From: Mobula hypostoma
Taxonomy: Eukaryota
Reading direction: 5' to 3'
NCBI RefSeq assembly: GCF_963921235.1
Contig: NC_086097.1
Location: forward strand, 183,770,001 to 183,834,000
Length of the DNA: 64,000 nt
Positions 61,750 through 64,000 of this stretch are shown here, piece after piece (the first letter of the stretch is position 1; the number at the start of each line of letters is the position of its first letter). The notes below the pieces were generated by a model, which was not told where the DNA came from, ran no database searches, and saw only the letters and a list, made by a program, of their open reading frames with translations. A program made the position numbers and the translations under genes.

Positions 61750-63695
61750 TCTGAACAGGAAGGGAACTAATATCCCCATCAGGTTTGATAATTCTTCTCA
61801 GGTCGATTTAAACTAGAGTGGCAGGAGATGGGAGCCACAATAGCAGGGCAAAAGATAGTAGGATTGAGACAAAAAAGGTGGTATGACAAATAAGATTGAA
61901 AGGAAGGACTGCAAGGGGCAGGCTAATAACCATGGTGGGGCTAATGGGCTGAAATATGTTTAATTCTTCCCTTCCTGGTCAGGAGAATGAAATTAGAACC
62001 TGGAGCAATATATGAAATTATGACGCTGTTGCCATTACAGAGACTAGGTTGCATGAGCAACGGGACTGGCAGCTCAGCATTCCTGGGATTCAGTGTTTTA
62101 GATGTGATACAGAGGGGGTCAAAAGAGGTGCGGGAGACACACTGAAGGGCTCATCCACAGAGGCAAACTGGGTGGAGCTGAAAAATACCACTGATAAGAT
62201 TAGGTTCTCCCAATAGCCATAGAGAAGTGGAGGATCTGTAGATAAAACGTGGAAAGATGCAGAAACAACAGGTTTATCATAGTGGAAACTTTAACTTTCC
62301 CAGTATTGATTGGAACTTCCTTAATACAAGATACATAGGAATCCAGAGGGGTTCTTGCAATAATTTGTGGAGGGTCCAACTGAAGGAGAAAACATTCTGG
62401 ACCTAGTTTTGGAAAATGAGCCAGACTTATCATGGATGAATATTTTGGGGGATAGCAATGATAGCTCATTATGGTTTAAGATTTATAAGGGTAAAGTGGG
62501 ATCTTGCAGAAAGGCACAAATGTGGGGAAGGGAAGATTCCAACAGGATAAGTCAGGAGCTGATGGGCATTAAATGGAAGCAGGTGATATTGGACAAGTCC
62601 GCATCTGATATGTGGGTTCATTGAATACTATTGAAGGATTTTGACTCGAAATGATGACTCTCCATTTCATTCCAAAGATGTTGCCTGACCCAATAAGTTC
62701 TTCCAGCATTTTGAGTGTTGCTTCACATTTCCAGTATCTGCAGTTTCTCTTGCCTGGTAAGTTAAGGGGACCTTGGATGACCTGAGAGGTTCTAAATTTA
62801 GTCAGGAAGAAAAAGCACATGTAAGTTTTAGAAAGCTAAAATCAGACTGGGCCCTTGGGGAATATAAAGATGACGGGAAAGTACTCAAGTAGGTGATTAA
62901 GAAGGCCTTAAGAAAACATGAAATGTCCTTGGTGAGTAGGATCAAGAACAACAGCGAGGAATTTTATACCTATATTGAGAAATATATGATAACGAAAGAG
63001 GTCAACTCAAGAATAAAGGATAGAATTTGTGTTTGAAGTCAGAGCTTAGGTATTTAAATATAATTTTCTGTTGGTATTTATAAAGTACTCATTTACTACT
63101 TCAAATAAATTGGAGGACAGTGAAATTAGAGTGGGCCATGCTAATAAGCTGGGGCACTTTGAAATTGAGGAGATAGAGCTGGGTATTCTGAAAAGCATTA
63201 AGCTGGATACATCCCCAGAGTCTGACTGCACATTCTTTGATAAGAATCTTTATGTCCTCACCAGCAACAGGCAAGATCCCAGAGGACTGGAGGGTAGTAA
63301 ATGTTGCGCCTTAGTTCAAAAAAGGAAATAGGGATTATTTCTAGGGAAAACTAGTTAATTATAGGCAGTGAGCCTCATGTCAGTGGTACAGAAGTAATTG
63401 GAAATGATACTGAGAGATAGGGTTTGTGTGCATTTGGAAAGGCATGACTTGCTCAGGGATAGTCAGTAGGGCTTTGTACGGGCCAGGTCATGCATTACAA
63501 AATTGACTGAGGAGGTGACAAAGGTGCTTTATGAGGAGAAGCAGTAAACGTTACCTACATGGACTTCAGTAAGGCATTTGATAAGGTCCATTAAGGCAGG
63601 TTGATTCAGAAGTTAAGGATGCATGGGATTCAGTGTAACTTGCAAATTGGATTCAGATCTGGCTTGCCCATAGATGACATAAAGAAGGGTGGAGG
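61750..63695 (+). mobile_element. Old CR1 LINE (ORF1 end and decayed ORF2)
   Basis: VAITET, ENILDLVLEN, PEDWRV.NVAP, YMDFSKAFDKV motifs. Confidence 0.8.
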
Positions 63696-64000
63696 TGTCA
63701 CAACCACGGATTCGGCAGTGCAGTAGATACGGCAATTGCGCTTGTGAATTTGCACATGTCAGCTAATCACTATTTAATCGTGATAGTATTTAACTCCACA
63801 CTTGTCGTCGTTGTGCTTGTCGAGACTCGGACAGAGCACAGCAACACTTCGCTGTCTTTGCTTTCGGCCTTCCCTGAGAAATTCGACTTTTGAGTCAACT
63901 GATTCTGAAGACTAGCGGTATTTGTTTAATGTTTAGATTTTCTTTACAGCCACAGTGTGGGCTTCGTTTTCCTTTAGAGAGTTTTAGTTAATGGGCCTAT
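63696..64000. mobile_element. Probable LTR start inserted in CR1 and running off the window
   Basis: CR1 homology stops abruptly; a CpG-rich segment begins with TGTCA; second LTR not visible. Confidence 0.4.

Overview
Eukaryotic, repeat-saturated DNA, probably intronic or intergenic. The mix of CR1, Rex1/Babar, RTE, Penelope, V-SINE-like, Tc1, Tigger, Gypsy and BEL/Pao families suggests a cartilaginous fish such as a ray or shark (inference). No intact host gene is visible; there is one candidate exon at 13560-13675. The main result is two unrelated LTR retrotransposons that have each replaced part of pol with an intron-less piece of a host mRNA. (1) A TSD-flanked BEL/Pao provirus (30780-38816, TSD GTTAC) carries the C-terminal Kelch part and apparent 3'UTR of KBTBD4 (36180-~37311). 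(2) A Gypsy element (8350-11525) carries an RBM25 fragment (10804-~11217). Neither insert has a poly(A) tail, which fits LTR-mediated template-switch retroposition. Also present: a Penelope element with an intact minimal hammerhead ribozyme, a twin-primed RTE LINE with its partner tRNA-SINE, three-level transposon nesting, and several long hairpins. All protein and family identifications are from memory, not from a database search.
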